NCBI GenBank assembly: GCA_025201805.1
Contig: MU619248.1
Span: 186,001-250,000, forward strand
Direction: 5' to 3'
Origin: Parasitella parasitica NRRL 2501
Lineage: Eukaryota; Fungi; Mucoromycota
DNA: 64,000 bases
Positions 12,424-27,154 of the stretch are shown piece by piece. A program made the position numbers and the translations under genes. A model generated the notes under the pieces. It did no database searches. It was given only the letters and a program-made list of their open reading frames with translations, and was not told the DNA's origin. Each line of letters opens with the position of its first letter. Position 1 is the first letter of the stretch.

Positions 12424-13604
12424 GTAAACCTCTTAAAATCATGATCTAGTAGTGTAGATATATCACATTATTATTAGTGTTATCCACATAAAGGCTACAT
12501 ATGTTCAATCTAACATAGCTACTTGTATGGGATCATGACATTCATTGTTGGTAATTCGTTTACAAATAAAGAATAAGCTACAAGTTGTAATTGAACCTCT
12601 TGCAAGGTTTTAGGCTTGCTCAAAAATCACATCAAGGTCAGATCGTGGGATGTAGGGGAGACATCTTGCTCACGTCTTCTCTTTGATGTAATATAGTTCT
12701 GTTCCTGGTAAAATGCTGCGATTTGATAATGTTTGACACTTTCTGTCAAACATCAGGTGTTGTGGACAAACATTGATTCAGATATATTTTAGCGTAAATA
12801 GAGATCATATCTTATGTCAATAAAGCCTTCAGAGTTGTATCTGGGTTTACTCAGAAAGCCTTTATCACTTTAATATAACATTTACATAACATTTCGCTGC
12901 GCCCTTTTACACTGGCACGAAAGTCCATATCTTAGTATAAATCTGTGTTGTACATCTTTACCGCACACATGTTTAGGCTGTATCATTTGAGGTAACTGGA
13001 TGAGCCAATTGGAATTCAGATCACTATAGTGAATGTATTTTACATAATGTATATGGAAAAGCATTTGAATCATGTCATTACCGCACCTCTTTTGCAAGAT
13101 ATATCCATTTTTTTTTGACTGTGTCGTACATATGCATTCATTAGCTCGTTTTTAATAGCTGTTTTTTAGACGTATGAATATCATCATGCTTTAATAGGTG
13201 TGTTACTCAAAGGTGAGAAAAATGGTTAAAAATTTATTATTATCAATCTTTTTGGGATTGATTTCGTCCTTGGCTGGCTTTAACGCTTAAAAAAATAAAA
13301 TAAAGACATTTGGCTTGCCCTTAAAAAAGGCACTTCTTCAAAAGAGTTGCGGTACCATTTGATTGAGGCGATATCATCGCATCATTAAACCAGAAGGCAT
13401 ATTGATCTCCAAAAGAGTCTCCAATAACATTTTGATATAAACTATTGGTATTGTAGTTGCCTCATGCCACTGCATTTTTTCATTTCTTTTGCAGTACCTC
13501 TTTTGGACTTGTAATAGTCTAAAATGAGATTATCAATGTAATCTAAGCACAGAAATATGCCTTGAAAAGGTTTATTTTTTTAGCCTATATTAGAGATGAA
13601 AATC

Positions 13605-15690
13605 TTACAACTTGGGTCTACTATCTGTGTTATCCTCTGCATGTGCATTATCACGCAAGACGCGACGAAGGATTTTTCCAGACGGACTCTTTGGAATAGC
13701 ATCAATAAATCGCAAAGAACGAAGTTGCTTGTAAGGAACAACCTGATCTGCGACAAATTTCAAGATTTGACGAGCAACATTTTCTGAAGCTGTGGTTCCT
13801 GAAACAAGTGTTACATAGGCACGAGGCATTTCTGTAGCTTGAGCACTATTATATACACCAACTACAGCACAGTCTGCCACGATGGGTGATTTGAGCTATA
13901 TGAACAACAAAGAAAATGATTCAGTACACATGGATAATAGTATCTGGTAGAAACTTACTAGAATTCCTTCCAGCTCTGCAGGAGGCACCTATGTAGTAAG
14001 AAAATAGATCAGTATTCAGCTGATGAATATCAAGTTACGGCCTGCGTGCATAATCTTACTTGGAAACCCTTATATTTTATCAGTTCCTTGATACGGTCAA
14101 CAACAAAAAAGTGTTGATTTTCATCAACGACCACAACATCGCCTGTATGGAAATAACCCTCTTCATCAATACATTCCATAGTAGCTTTTGGGTTATGCAG
14201 ATATCCCTGAAAAGAAAAAAACATCAATAAACAAATGACAATTGGATTGACAGGTGTCTTTATATTTACCTTCATAACATTGGGTCCCTTAAGCCATAAT
14301 TCACCACGCTCACCCTGTGCAACTTCTATAAAAAATTTCCTTTAATGAAAAGCAGCCTAACTATGCAGATTACTTGTTACCTTTTCCATTCTCATCGACA
14401 ACCTTTGCAGTCATATTTGGAAGCAAGACACCAATGGAACCATCAACAACACGGTCAAGCGGCTCAGCAATAGCAGCTGGAGAAATTTCGGTCAATCCAT
14501 AGCCTTGTTTGATAGACAATTGGGGCAAGCGTGCCTTGACTTCTCTACCCAGACTTCCACTAAGTGGAGCAGCGCCAGAAATACCAATCTTAAGAGATGA
14601 TAAGTCGTAGTTCATGACAACTTCTTCTTTGGCTAGTAAAACATAGATAGGGGGCACAAGAGGAGCAATCGTAATATTTTCCTTTTGGACGATTTCACAG
14701 AATTTGATCAAGTCAAATCGGGGTAACACATGTACAGGAATACCCCAATATACGGCGGTGTGCAAGATGGCAGAAAGACCGAAGATGTGAAAGAAGGGCA
14801 AAACTGCAATCATACGATCTTTACTGAGGTCTACAAATGGGTCATCGATAGATGTCCATTGACACGTATTGGCAGTGACATTTGCATGCCTGTCGATATG
14901 TAAGTAATCCTTCCACACATTTCATCCAAAATATGTATCTTACGTTGTCATTACGCCTTTACTTTTACCAGTGGTTCCCGACGAAAAGCACAAGTAAGCG
15001 ACCTTGTCCTTGGCTTCTTCATATGTAAGCGCATCGGGAACAGCTCTTCGCGATCCTAATAATACTTTTCCAAATGGTTGGATACCGCTAATAGTGGCAT
15101 CCCCAAAGACAAAAATGTTCTTTCTGTATATGCCCACTCGATCTGCTGCCTTCAACGCAGTTTTAACATTCTCTTCATGGCAGATGATGACCTTTGCTCT
15201 AGACATTTCCAATTGATACGATAACTCTTCGACATTATAGTTTGGATTTGCTGTTGTTGCAGCTCCATCTACCGGTGATTTAGTGTAAATAGCTTAATTT
15301 TGCGTGAATGTGCGAGTATGTGTCTTACTTGCGGCTAGTGCTCCAAGTATAGGCACAAAATAGTTGTACTATATATTTTTATATATACATATATGCATCA
15401 GTTGCTGCTACCAAGTATAAATACGCAATTAAATGTCTTTACTGTATACGAACCTGGTTTGGAGCATAAACTGCGACAACATCATTTTTTTGGAATCCAC
15501 AGATATCTTGAAGACCAGCGCCAAATCGAAGAACTTGATCTTTCAACTGAGCAAAGGTGAGAAATTTGCCATCATTGGCATCGATCAAGATAGGTCTGTC
15601 CTCGGGTGTATTGAATTTGTTTGCAAAGAGGAACTGAATGATGCCCGACTTTGGTAAGTCAAGAACTGGAAGTTTAGAAGAATATACCAT
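13605..15690 (-). CDS. 4-coumarate-CoA ligase-like / luciferase-like acyl-CoA synthetase, probably peroxisomal
   Basis: AMP-binding motif [15 protein letters not shown], plus [35 protein letters not shown] and [13 protein letters not shown]-terminal -RPKL is PTS1-like. Multiple introns. Confidence 0.9.
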
Positions 15691-16313
15691 CGTATGTATG
15701 AGAATGTCCGAAAGGAATACTTCAGTTACAAAATAGTTGTGTAGCTCTCTTTTTATATTTACTTATCACAGAATGTAACAGTGCGTTGAATGTTTTCGGA
15801 TTACACAAAGGCTGTACAATAGCACTAGCCAATCAATGTAGATCCGTGTAAGTGCTGTGTGAAATATTTGAATAACTATTTAGCGATGTGAATTATTTAA
15901 GCGCTGGTCTCTCGGATTTTGAGTTATTTTAACCCAGAGCATTTACTTTCGTATAGCAACTTACGTAAAAATGCATTTGTCTTGACTTTTATTGAGGAGG
16001 AGAAGTACATTTAGAGCAACCGCAATGCAGCTTCCAGCAGATCAAGGTCAGTTTGTCATTATATCAGATTCAAGGGCAAAATGATGTATATATAAAAAGT
16101 ATTACTGGTATACAATGCCCTGGGAATTTTTAATACAAACATGTACACATAATACACTGCCTTCACAACCAATAGGATCATGTTCCCTTATGTTTACAAA
16201 GATCAAAATGCTCATTCATATTAAATTCCCCACACATTCAAATTGCATAATGTTTATATTATTTATTAGCACATATTCTCATGTGGTAGGGTACATTTAC
16301 AAAAAAAAAATTC

Positions 16314-16624
16314 TTATACACGTGAAATAATCCAGTCCTCTGGATCTTCGATACCAACAAGATCCTCAGTAACTGTCAAAACTGTTTGCAACTCGTCGAC
16401 AAAAACTAGGCTATTCATCAAGTAGGCGCTATAACTTGGAAACGACGGATTGGCAAGATCCTTGGGTTCAATCATTATCTTTTTCTCTAAAAGATTGACA
16501 AATCTCTGCCTTGATTCAACAGGTGATATCATATAGGGCGGAAGCGATGACTTTGCTGCAAGCGTCGTTGATACAAGCTTCAGACTGGTAAGAATAGAGG
16601 AAAGCTACACATATTCATAATTTC

Positions 16625-16688
<64 letters not shown>

Positions 16689-19600
16689 CATTAAATAGTA
16701 GCACTATAATATGATCACCATCCACTTACGTATTCTTTTCTTTCTTTCATCAAAATGGAGCCAATGCTCTTTCGCCATTCCGGATGAACTTGTCTCAATG
16801 CATAACCCTGTATATGTGTATTGAATACCTTTTGATCCATCTACTGTTACAAACCTAATTTCTTACCATATTTGTAACTAAATCAGACATATTATCCATC
16901 TTTTCCACAAGTGTTTTGTAGCTTGCAGCTGGAAAATAGCCACGTAGTGGTGGCTCGTAGGCTGCATGTTGAAGAAGAGTTTGCTCATCCGCGACTTGTC
17001 GGCGAAGCTCAAGCGCAAGGGCCTCAAAGGCCCTGACAACGTGAGGTCCAGCTCTTTGACCAGTAGGCGAAACAGCACCTGCGCAAAGAATCCCAAAGCA
17101 TTTTCCAATATCACGGATGGTACACGATATTTTCTTTCTCAATTCTACACGGCCCATTGGAGGAAAAGGGATAGCCATTAGAATACCCGATGCTGCGATA
17201 CCAATAATAACAAGCAGCAAACGCTACAATAAACGCCATGTTAGGCATAATTCTGAGACGTTTTTCATTCACTTCAAACCTTTCCTGCAACTGTATAGAC
17301 TTTATCATAAGTAGTGAGGCCTTGAACAATGTAAGAGTACTCGTACGACACAACCAACAACATTGTAACAGTGCTCATCAATGCAGCAACTCTGTATTTT
17401 GGCACAAAGAAGAAAACATGATACAATGGAAGAAATACGACAAAGCAAACAACAGCCACGCCGTAAGGATTGCCTCGACACATTTCCCAGATCACAATAC
17501 CCAAAACAGCACCCACAACAGACCCAACAACTCTATCGATCAACCTACAAATATATACATAGTTAGCGTATAAAAGATGATTGTATTTTGGTTACCAATT
17601 CCACCACATACCCAAATATAAAAGCGCCAGTCATAGGGAACATCCATAGAACAAGTGTAATCATTGCCCATTGTCCTCTCCAATCCATATACCAGGCGTG
17701 ATCTTGAGGCCTGAATGCAGGAACTGCTAGCATTACAACGCCAACAGCAGTTTTGAAAGCAAAAAACGTAGTTGTATCAGTAAGCCATTTCCCAGCAAGA
17801 TACAAGCCGTAAAAGAATTTTTGAGTAACTGTAACGGGTGCTGATACATCTGGATCTCCAAGCTTATCCTTATGTGCAGGCCTTGCTTCAAATATATCGC
17901 CATCTTCATCCTCAGTACTACTCCTATTATCGCCGCGAGTGCCTACTCGCACCAGGTCATCTCCTCCTCCTTGGATTTGGTATTCACCCTCATCAGCACC
18001 TACTGAGCCACCTACGTTGCTATTCGACATCATCCACTTTTTCAAAGTTTGATGAGGAAGCCAGAATCTCGCTTTTTTTCGGTCGGTTTCCAGTCGTTCG
18101 ATCAGTTCAATCAGCCCAGCGACCTTTGTAGCATGTGTCTTTAGGTTGTAAATGTAAAGAAATATCAAGTAAAGTGGTCCATTTCTTGGAATATCGGCAG
18201 TATTCATGTCCAAAAACTTTTTAAACACAACATCGCTTTTAGTCACTTGGTCAAAGCGATAAATAAGTTTGTGCAATTGAGCAGATGTTGTTGCCGATGA
18301 TGGTAAGTTTTCCAACAACGCTGTGCTTTTTGGCTTTGACACCCAAAGCCGGGGAAAAGGCCAAAGAATGCTATTGAGTGCTGTTCGCGGGTGGTAGTGA
18401 AGATTACCGAGACGCACAGAGGCCTCATTGGTGGCAGCATAACATAGACTGGACAATTCTGCGGCAATAGGTTCGAGTCCTTCGACCGAGCTTTGAAATG
18501 CATCCAGGATGGCGGGCTCGTTGAAGCGTCTAAAGTATATGTTCTTTGTCTCTGAAAAAATATAGTTGTTTTTCATTATCAGAGCTAATCCAAGTCCATG
18601 CAGAGAATTTCTCATGTTGGTTACAGTTTTTGACAGCTCGCTACAATCCACATCTGAGATACGGGAATACAGGATTTCTCTTTTGACGGCTCGTTTACAC
18701 TCAATCATCAACAACACGCCATTTTTGAGTCTTGCATTCAATGAGGGGAGTGTCGCATGATTGGCTGCTTGTGAATTTGAGAGAAATGCTTCAGAATGCT
18801 CTTTGAAAAAAGCATTGTATCCTGCAAGTGTCTTTCTGGTAATGCCCAGAAAATTGTTGATGCTGTCATCAGGCCAAATAAAGTAGTTGACCGCCAAACA
18901 GATGGCTCCAGCAACTGCCACAGGTCGCAAAAATAACCACTATATACAGTACATTTCACAAATAATAAGCAAACACATATACCTCTAGATGAATTTCCTT
19001 GCACCTACCATAATAGTGGGCACCATGGGCGTGTAACCCGCAGAATACGTCATAGTGAACTAATATAGAGCTACACATGTCAGTAAAATGATCATCATCG
19101 TTGCTCACCCCGCATTCCTTACGGTCAACACAATACACGCAATAACACACCCGAAATTTGCTATTTCAACGCATTCAATTTCTTCAACATCTATACCAGA
19201 GCATTGCTTTACAAATACCTTTAGGGATTTTCATGCGGATGATATTCAACACAAAGGTCCCAAAAAACAAAAATACTGCCAACACAGCACAAGCACCAGG
19301 CTGCACTGGATTGGGTTCTGACCGATTTCGAGCAAGACTTGCAAGAAATGCACCTAAAATTGAATAATAAAGCTAATCAATCGACTGCTTCTATATGTAA
19401 TGTTATGTGTCAGCTAGAAGCAGAAATATTTCTACCTAGAAAACTCCATGCGGTTGCCAGCAGACCTCCCATAATTCCTAAAAAGACGGCCTTTGACATT
19501 CATATCGCACTGATTAGACTAACTTCGAGTGCTATATAGTTTTATTACCTCAGTCTGAATCCCTACATTATACACACATTAAGCTTTATATGGCAAAGAG

Positions 19601-20147
19601 CCCGTTTTCATGATGATTTACCAATTGTCCTCACTGGAAAGAAGAATATGGTTACGATAGCCACAAGTAAAACAGAACTTCCAACTGCCTCCCGAGTATG
19701 GAAAGAGAAAATAAACACTACAGCAATCAAAAGAGCCATGGACGCCTTGACAGTTCTTCTAAATTGAGAAAAAAGTGGTAACGATGATTTTAAGCGTGCA
19801 AACAAGGTTGGTTTAGACGATGTTGTAGCATCAGCATCAGTAGCAGCAGCATCAGCAGTGGTAGTAGTAGTAGTTGCATTAGAATTTACAGCATTGGGCG
19901 TTGCATGTGAGGAAGATGATATAAGACTTGGATTGTTATGGGTTTTCGAATATTTTTCGTTAGAATTCAATTTGTAAAACGATTGCCTTTGTACAAGTGA
20001 TGGTGGCGATTTTGTGCTGAAAGCCGCATCTTGGCTGTACATAGTTGATTGAGCAAAGGAATGCTCTGTTTCGTTGGTGTACCAAGAAGATCGCTTAGGA
20101 TCTCTGGGGCAAGGAGACAGCTTGTCCATCTCCGTCTTTTGGTTCAT
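16314..20147 (-). CDS. FUSC/aromatic-acid-exporter-like multi-pass membrane transporter (YGL140C-like)
   Basis: Two TM bundles (FRRTVKASMALLIAVVF...; FFAFKTAVGVVMLAVPAF...WRGQWAMIT...DRVVGSVVGAVLGIVIWE) and YEPPLRGYFP motif. Multi-exon. Confidence 0.8.
16626..16687. repeat. poly-A tract (62 nt) in an intron of the FUSC gene
   Basis: Homopolymer between donor (~16728) and acceptor (~16605) on the - strand. Confidence 0.9.
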
Positions 20148-20773
20148 CGTGGAAAAAAAGAAAGTAAGATAAGAGCCTAAAAAAAGATCTTTTTGACGTC
20201 TCAGATTTTATGCAAATAAAAGGAAAAACATTGCCACATGGACCAAATATGGTAGGTAAAATAGTTTAGCCTTTGCGTTTAAAGAAGGGCTTGGCGACAC
20301 ACTAGATGACAAACATCAATTGAAAACCACAATAATTGTTGCCTGTCAGCTCTATAACTAGTTTTTTTTTTTTAGGATATGAATGCAAAACAGACCGGAA
20401 AACATCAGCAAGCTAATTTATTTCATGCCTACAAAGCTACGAACTCACTAGATCCAACATGGTGTACTTTTTATACTTAAAAACTACTTCTTTTATCTAA
20501 TATTAGCGAAAAGCTTTACGGAGTGAACGCTACACTTTCCAATCAAGAGTTTACTTGTTTTTTTTTACAAAAAAAGAAAAAAAAACGTTGTTACTCGGCT
20601 CATAACGACTTATTTTCAAAATGTTTGGTTTATTTCTGTACAAAATAGTAGTTTTAAAGATATTACAGAAGAAAATGATTTCTAGAGGTAAGAAAAAAAT
20701 GTGAATAAATATAATCTATAAAGTAAAATGCAAAAAAAAAGGGGTAAAATAAGAAATTGTAATTGATATGCGA

Positions 20774-23700
20774 TTATCGCTTGGCCTTTCTAAGCAAAAA
20801 GACAAAGAACATAAAAGCAAAGATGTTAAAGACAGAATAGGCGCAGAGAATACCGAAATCACGCCATCTGTTGTCGAAACGCCAGCCAATTCTATCTTCA
20901 TAAAACTGGTTACCCATGGTGTAAGGACAATAGTTGCAGACATCAGTAGACGAGTTGTTGCTAATGTATCCATTTCCGCCAGCAGCAAAGAAGTCAGCCA
21001 TGTAATCACCACAGTTTGTGCCAGGAGGAGGGATAATCTTGGTAAAGTCACTATCACCACAATGAACTTCAACGCTATCCATGACATTAACCACAAGACC
21101 TTCAATCACATAGTGGTATGGATCCAACCAGTACATCCAGGCTCTCCAGAAATAAGGCATCGAGTTAGGAGGTTGCATAATACCAGCAAAAAGAATCAAG
21201 ATGGAGGTAAAGAAGGGATTAATGACAGCAGCCATAGGTGGAGTAGCAGAGAAGGCAGCAATCATGAAGCCCAGAGATACAGAATAGAACAAAAAGACTG
21301 TAAAGTGAATGTAGAAGAAGCCAACGCGATCAGAGACGTTTTGAAGACCTGCAGTCCAATAGAAACAGAACAAGAAGATAGCAGAAAAGACAATCAAGTA
21401 AGGAATCTCAACGAGGACGCAAGAAAGTGCAAACGGGGCCCAGCCATAGTACTTGGAAGCATATTCACGACGGAACCAAGAACGCTCTTGCATGAAACGA
21501 GGCTGAGCCAAGATAATCAAAGCATTGGACATCAAAAGAGTAGTAAAGACAGAGAACATACGGTTTTGCATGTCAGCAGGAGTGTTACCCAATTTCCAGA
21601 AACTGAAGCCAGAGATGAGACCAATGAAGCAGACATTGAAGAGCCTGCCCATATTGTAAGTAGGACAACGCCACCAAGAGACATTCATACGCTTGTATAC
21701 GAGCCAAAATTGTTGGGCAAAGGTGAGAGAATAAGCACTGTTGTGGTTATGCTTGCTAGAGTCAATGCTTTGGTGAATCTGTTCAAGTTCAGCATCCAGA
21801 GCCTTTGCTTGGTCAGAGGCAGTCCATACTTCAGACCAATCCTTGGTAGCCTTACCAGCAGTACCAGCACCAACACATTCAAGAATATATTCAGCAGGAT
21901 TAGCTTGAGGGGAGCATTTGGGTCCACCGTTGGATTCAAAGTAATCAATCATAGTACGAGAGTTGGGACCGATTTCACCACAATAAGCTGTCTTTCCGCC
22001 ACGGACCAAGAGGACGAGATGATCAAAATGTTCAAAAAGAGTAGCAGAAGGCTGATGAATGGTACAAAGCACCGGCCAACCAGCGTCTGCAAGCTTACGG
22101 ATAAAACGAACAATATTGAAAGATGATTGAGCATCAAGGCCGGAAGTAGGTTCATCCAAGAATAGAAGCTTGGGCTTGCCGACCAATTCAGTAGCAATAG
22201 TCAGACGCTTACGTTCTTCGACAGAGATACCAACGCCAGCTTCAAGATCGCCGACAAGCGCATCAGCGATTCTTTCCATCTCCATAAGACGAATGATTTG
22301 TTCAACATAAGAGTCCTTTTCTTCCTTGGGAACAGAGGCAGGTTGACGAAGATAAGCAGAGAATTTGAGAGCTTCGCGAACAGTAGCATTGGGATTGTGG
22401 ACATCCATTTGTTCACAATAACCGGTAGTACGCTCAAAATCAGGACCAAGAGGCTCACCATTCAAGTAGATGCGGCCTTCAATCTTGCCAATGGTCTTGC
22501 GCTTAGCCAACACGTCCAAGAGAGTCGTCTTACCAGCACCAGAGGAGCCCATCAATGCAGTCAAATGGCCAGGACGGACAATACCGCCAATGTCGTTCAA
22601 GAGCTTTAGCTTACCACCCTTGACAGGAACAGTGTAGTCCATATGGTGCCATGAGAATGTAGTACCGTCATCAACAGCTTCCATCTTTTCGTCGTTATCA
22701 ACAACAGTTTGTTCAAGAGCTTGGCTTTCATCAATTTCTTTGGGAGCACGACCAGCTTTGTAGACCTTAGTAATGGAACCTTCCTTCTGAAGGTCAATAT
22801 ATTCCATGGCAAGAGCAGTGAGAATAGTAAACAAAAAGAAGAAGAGCAAGACAGCGACAAAGTCGATCCAACGTTGCCAGGTTTCATAGCCGTACGCAGT
22901 ATGTAGATAGTCATCACCGAGAACATAGGTTTGGCCAGGCACAGCACCAGGAAGGTTACAGGTTTGATAGTCGGTGTTGTTGTAAGATGGACCATAAGGA
23001 ACAGAATTGTAGCCTTCACAAGTGAAATGCATGCCATGCAACTCGTTCGAGATCAAAGCCTTGTAGCCGTAAGCAAGAGGATTGATCCAGTATATCCACA
23101 TGAGCCAAGGATGCATTTGGTTATAGGGGATTTGGTAACCACAATACACAAGACAAGCAATCAGGAGAATACTAGACAGTTGAGAGGCAGTGAAGAAATT
23201 AGGAGACACAGCACCCCAGAAACGGAAGAAGCCATTCATACATAAATTGGTAACAACAAGGATGATAAAGAATGTAAAGAACTATCAAACAATAAAGTTA
23301 GTAAGATCTATAAAACCAGGACAAGTGATTGATAAACTTTACCTTTCCAGCATCAAGTACTAGACCCATCATAAAGTAGACACAAAGTTCAAACACAATA
23401 ACTTGAATAAGAGCCAAAGGTATATCAGCAATCACAGTGGCAATATAAAAGGCAGAAGGATGGTACAGAGCAAAATGCTTGTGCTTTTCAAGCACACGAC
23501 GGCCTTGCATGAAAGCAGACAATTCAGCTTGGGCAATCAAAGCATTAAACAAAAGAGAAAACAAGAATGAACCACCACGAGAGAAAGCACCACTGGCATC
23601 AGTAGGCATCATATAGAAGACGGAAGCCATGATAAGACCCTTTACAATAACACCACCATAACGAGAGATGAGAGCACCCTTGTCACCAAGAATTAGCTCA

Positions 23701-25229
23701 AATTGACGAACAGTAAGAGATTTGACCTGGTTGAAGTAAGTAGCCACAAAAGGAGAGTGTTTAGGAGCATACTTTTGATGAGCATCGAGGAAAGCTTGAC
23801 GAAACTTCTCGTCAGGACGGTCTTGGTTGATCTTTTGTTCATATTCATCGCGTTCTTTCATCATCTCAGTATACAGAGCAGATTCCTTGTAAGCCTTTTC
23901 AAATTGGACAGAATTAACAGGCACCTTGGACTTGTAACCTTCACGGTATTCACGCTCATTCATGTTACAGAGACCAGTCAAAAAATCTGGAATAGATTTA
24001 CGGTTAGGACAAAAGAAACCCATATCTTCAAAGTAGGCTTTAGCAGTGTTGGTGGGGCCAAAGTAGATACAGCGACCTTCGTCAAGAACCATAACCTTGT
24101 CAAAGAGATGGAAGATACTGTCGGAAGCCTGATAAAGAGTAGAGACGGTAGTTTTGTGCAAAATATCAGTCATGATTCGAAGCGAACGAACATAATCAAG
24201 AGCAGAAGAAGCATCCAAACCACGAGTAGCGCAATCCCAGCAATTGATAGAACTACGAGTAGTCATTTGTTCAGCAATAGAAAGACGCTTACGCTCGCCA
24301 CCAGAAAGACCACGCACAAAGGCATTACCAACCATAGTGTTCATTTGTTTAGTCAGACCAAGCATATTACCAAGCATGTACAGAATCTTGTTGATAAATT
24401 CACCCTTACTTTCACCATCTAGACGCTTACCGGGAGTCTTGTTTTTGAGAGCAAAACTCAGGGTTTGCTTACAGGTCAGAGTAGGATAATGGAGATCTTC
24501 TTCTTCGTTGTAGCAAACTTCGCCACGGAAATGTTTTGCAAATTCTTGAGCTTCAATGCCACCATAATGAACAGTGCCTTCAATGTTGGTATAAGAAGCA
24601 CGCATGTTGGCAATGACACGCAAAAGCGAAGAACAACCAGCACCAGGACGACCAAGCACCAGAAGCATCTCACCGTCTTTACAGAAACCATCGTTGCCCT
24701 TGAGGATAGTAAAGTCGTGACCTTCATGCTTTCCCCATTTCCAGAATTGAAGTGAATCACGGAGCCACGTATAGTTGGTAGGAATGACTTTAGCATCGGC
24801 ACCAAGGCCTTGTACAACCAAGTTTTTCCAAACAACGCCCATATGCTTGGGGTGAAAGCCTTGAGATTCACCGGATTCGGTTTGGTCCCGCAAAAAATCA
24901 GTTAAATCGAAATCTTTGACATCGCCCTCTTCAGCTTGACCAGGAGTCATTGATTTGCGACGAGAGATACGAGATTGCTGCGTTAACTCTCTGCGAATCT
25001 CTTCATAATTGGACATGGCTGCCTCAATGTTGACAGCATTACCTTCTGATTCACCAAATGCACCGCCATTGGGATAGTTTGCTGTAGATGTTTCATTGTC
25101 GCTGTTGATTTCTTCCTTACCGTGAACCTCGTCAATAGTAGATTCATCAGAAAAGTGGTTTCTATGTTGATATTCTTCATCACGATTGTGTCGCTCTTGC
25201 GGCATACCTTGCAAGGCTGGCATATCCAT
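20774..25229 (-). CDS. PDR-type (full-size ABCG) multidrug ABC transporter
   Basis: NBD1 degenerate Walker A GRPGAGCSS with LSGGERKR. NBD2 GSSGAGKTT, ISVEERKR, LFLDEPTSGLD, NPAEYIL. Two TMDs with cysteine-rich extracellular loops. One intron at ~23283-23342. Confidence 0.95.
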
Positions 25230-25962
25230 TTTGGATGTTTAACGTTGATTTACTGTTTGATTGATTAAAAAAAAAAGAGAGGGATATATAATGTCAAGGA
25301 AAACAAAAGGAAAGGTTGATTAGGATTAACCAGTACGAATGAAAAATTCTATGAGAATATGTTTCTAAATGTTGCCTTTATATAAACTTTTTTTGATTTA
25401 ACAAACTAGTTCTTCGGGTAAATTTTGGAGGGCTTGAATGATTTTACCACTTTTGATCTTCCGTCTGGAGTCTATTGCGGTAAAACCATTCAATTTTACA
25501 TTGGCAGTGTAACACAAATTTACATTACTGACTTTCAACATGGCATTCACAAAACTTCTCAAACTTTTGCAACTCCCAACGGCCTAAAATGTGAAGATAT
25601 GTGTGATCAATTTAAACATGTTTTTGCCTTATTGTATAAGATTACAAGGAGGCAAAATCTACCTAGATGGCTGAAAGAAGAGTTTGCAGCGACATCTCCG
25701 TTTAAATGATTTTGCCAGTAATAAAGAAGAAATTCATTTGTAACAGCGAGAACTGGCGGCCATTTTGTCTTTTCTAGACGGTAAAATTGTTCTTCATATC
25801 TTTCTTTTTGCGTCATAGTTCCTATTATTATTGTTTATTTGTGGGTTATCTGAATCATGCACACACGACAAGCATTATGACAGAGTCTGATTTGTTCTGG
25901 TAGAACTTTTTGCTTTTACAAAAGAAAATCATATGTACAGTATGTACACATTCCAAAATTAC

Positions 25963-26850
25963 ATATCACCGTGGAATCGGCATCATGTCGGGAGAACCCC
26001 GATCACTTCCTAAATGGAAAATGGATCATAACTATATAAATCTATGATGCAAGAACAAAACACAATCGTGCCAATAATTTGTAGTTTTTATGCTTCAATT
26101 GATATATACAGTGAATATACATCACATTACATGCAAAATGAAGTTGTTGTATTAGTCTTCAGGAAAAATTGATAGATGTAAATTAATGAAAAGGAAAACG
26201 AGAATCGTTGTAACACACATTACATTGTAAGCAACATTTGTAGAGTACTATATTTTATTTGGATCTCTCCGCATCAAATTCATCTTAAATTCTGTTGCTT
26301 ACACGGTAGAACAAGGCCTGATGCCAAGTATTTCGTTCATGTAAAAATGTATACAAGGCAATTATTTCTGCATTCCTGTTTGATTTGCGTCTCACCACAA
26401 CATCAGTTTATTCATGAAACTACTGATAAGGTTTGTCTATCTGCCGGATGATTATTCTACCTATCGAATTTTCATTAGCCAAGAGCTGCCAAATTATTTC
26501 TTTTCTTGTTGCAGAAAGGAGAGCGAAGCACGATATTCAACATTATTACAGGATTTACTAGATATCAGATGTATAATATTTAATCTTTATTTATATTGTA
26601 TAATATTCCTGCTTATCAGATGCGTGTTGTCGTGATTTTCAATACCGAAATTGCATTTGAGCAAAGGTAGAAAGAACATGCACATGAGTTAAAAACACGT
26701 TTTATATGGTTTTATCTTTATCCCGAAAGTGACTCAAAAAAGAAGGTGATCCTCAACATTTTCCTTTCGCGTAGAATTGAATTGTTCTTCCAGCACTTTT
26801 TCAAGAGGCAACTTGAATAGCTGCTTTGGCAAATTATTATCATTGGTTGA
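25963..26850 (+). repeat. long direct repeat copy 1 (~888 bp; pairs with 33803-34691)
   Basis: Line-by-line identity at offset 7840 over 26001-26778. A few mismatches only in the first ~40 and last ~70 bp. Confidence 0.97.
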
Positions 26851-27148
26851 GATACGATTAAACAACAAATTTTATTATAAAAATTAAATATAAAAATAGC
26901 TGGTGAGCACAGAATAACCAAATGTATTGTGTTGCCCTAGCCAGTTCTGGTTGGAAGAGAAAGAAAAACCTCTTACGAGTAAAGAGGAAAATGAAATAAT
27001 TTAATAAGACCTAGAAGCAGTGAGGGAAAGGAGGGCACCACTATGATAGCCAGTTCGCCATTTTAACACCAGGCTGGGGAAGTTCAGAAGGAAGTTGATC
27101 ATGAAACAGATAATCCAGTTCATGTAAGAGAAAGCAGACAGAAGGCCT
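26851..27148 (-). mobile_element. 5'-truncated non-LTR retrotransposon 3' fragment (copy C) with 9-bp TSD
   Basis: Encodes PSVCFLLHELDYLFHDQLPSELPQPGVKMANWLS*, then a 3' UTR ending AATAAAATT..TTTAATCGTATC. Flanked by ATTGGTTGA at 26842-26850 and 27149-27157. Confidence 0.8.
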
Positions 27149-27154
27149 ATTGGT

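Noticed and set aside
20768-22126. 452-aa + strand ORF (and 23703-24422) antisense to the PDR gene
   Set aside because: Mirror of a strongly codon-biased CDS; no recognisable motifs.
26414-26635. 73-aa ORF duplicated at 34254-34475
   Set aside because: Duplicated only because it lies in the direct repeat; no motif, and AT-rich noncoding-like composition.
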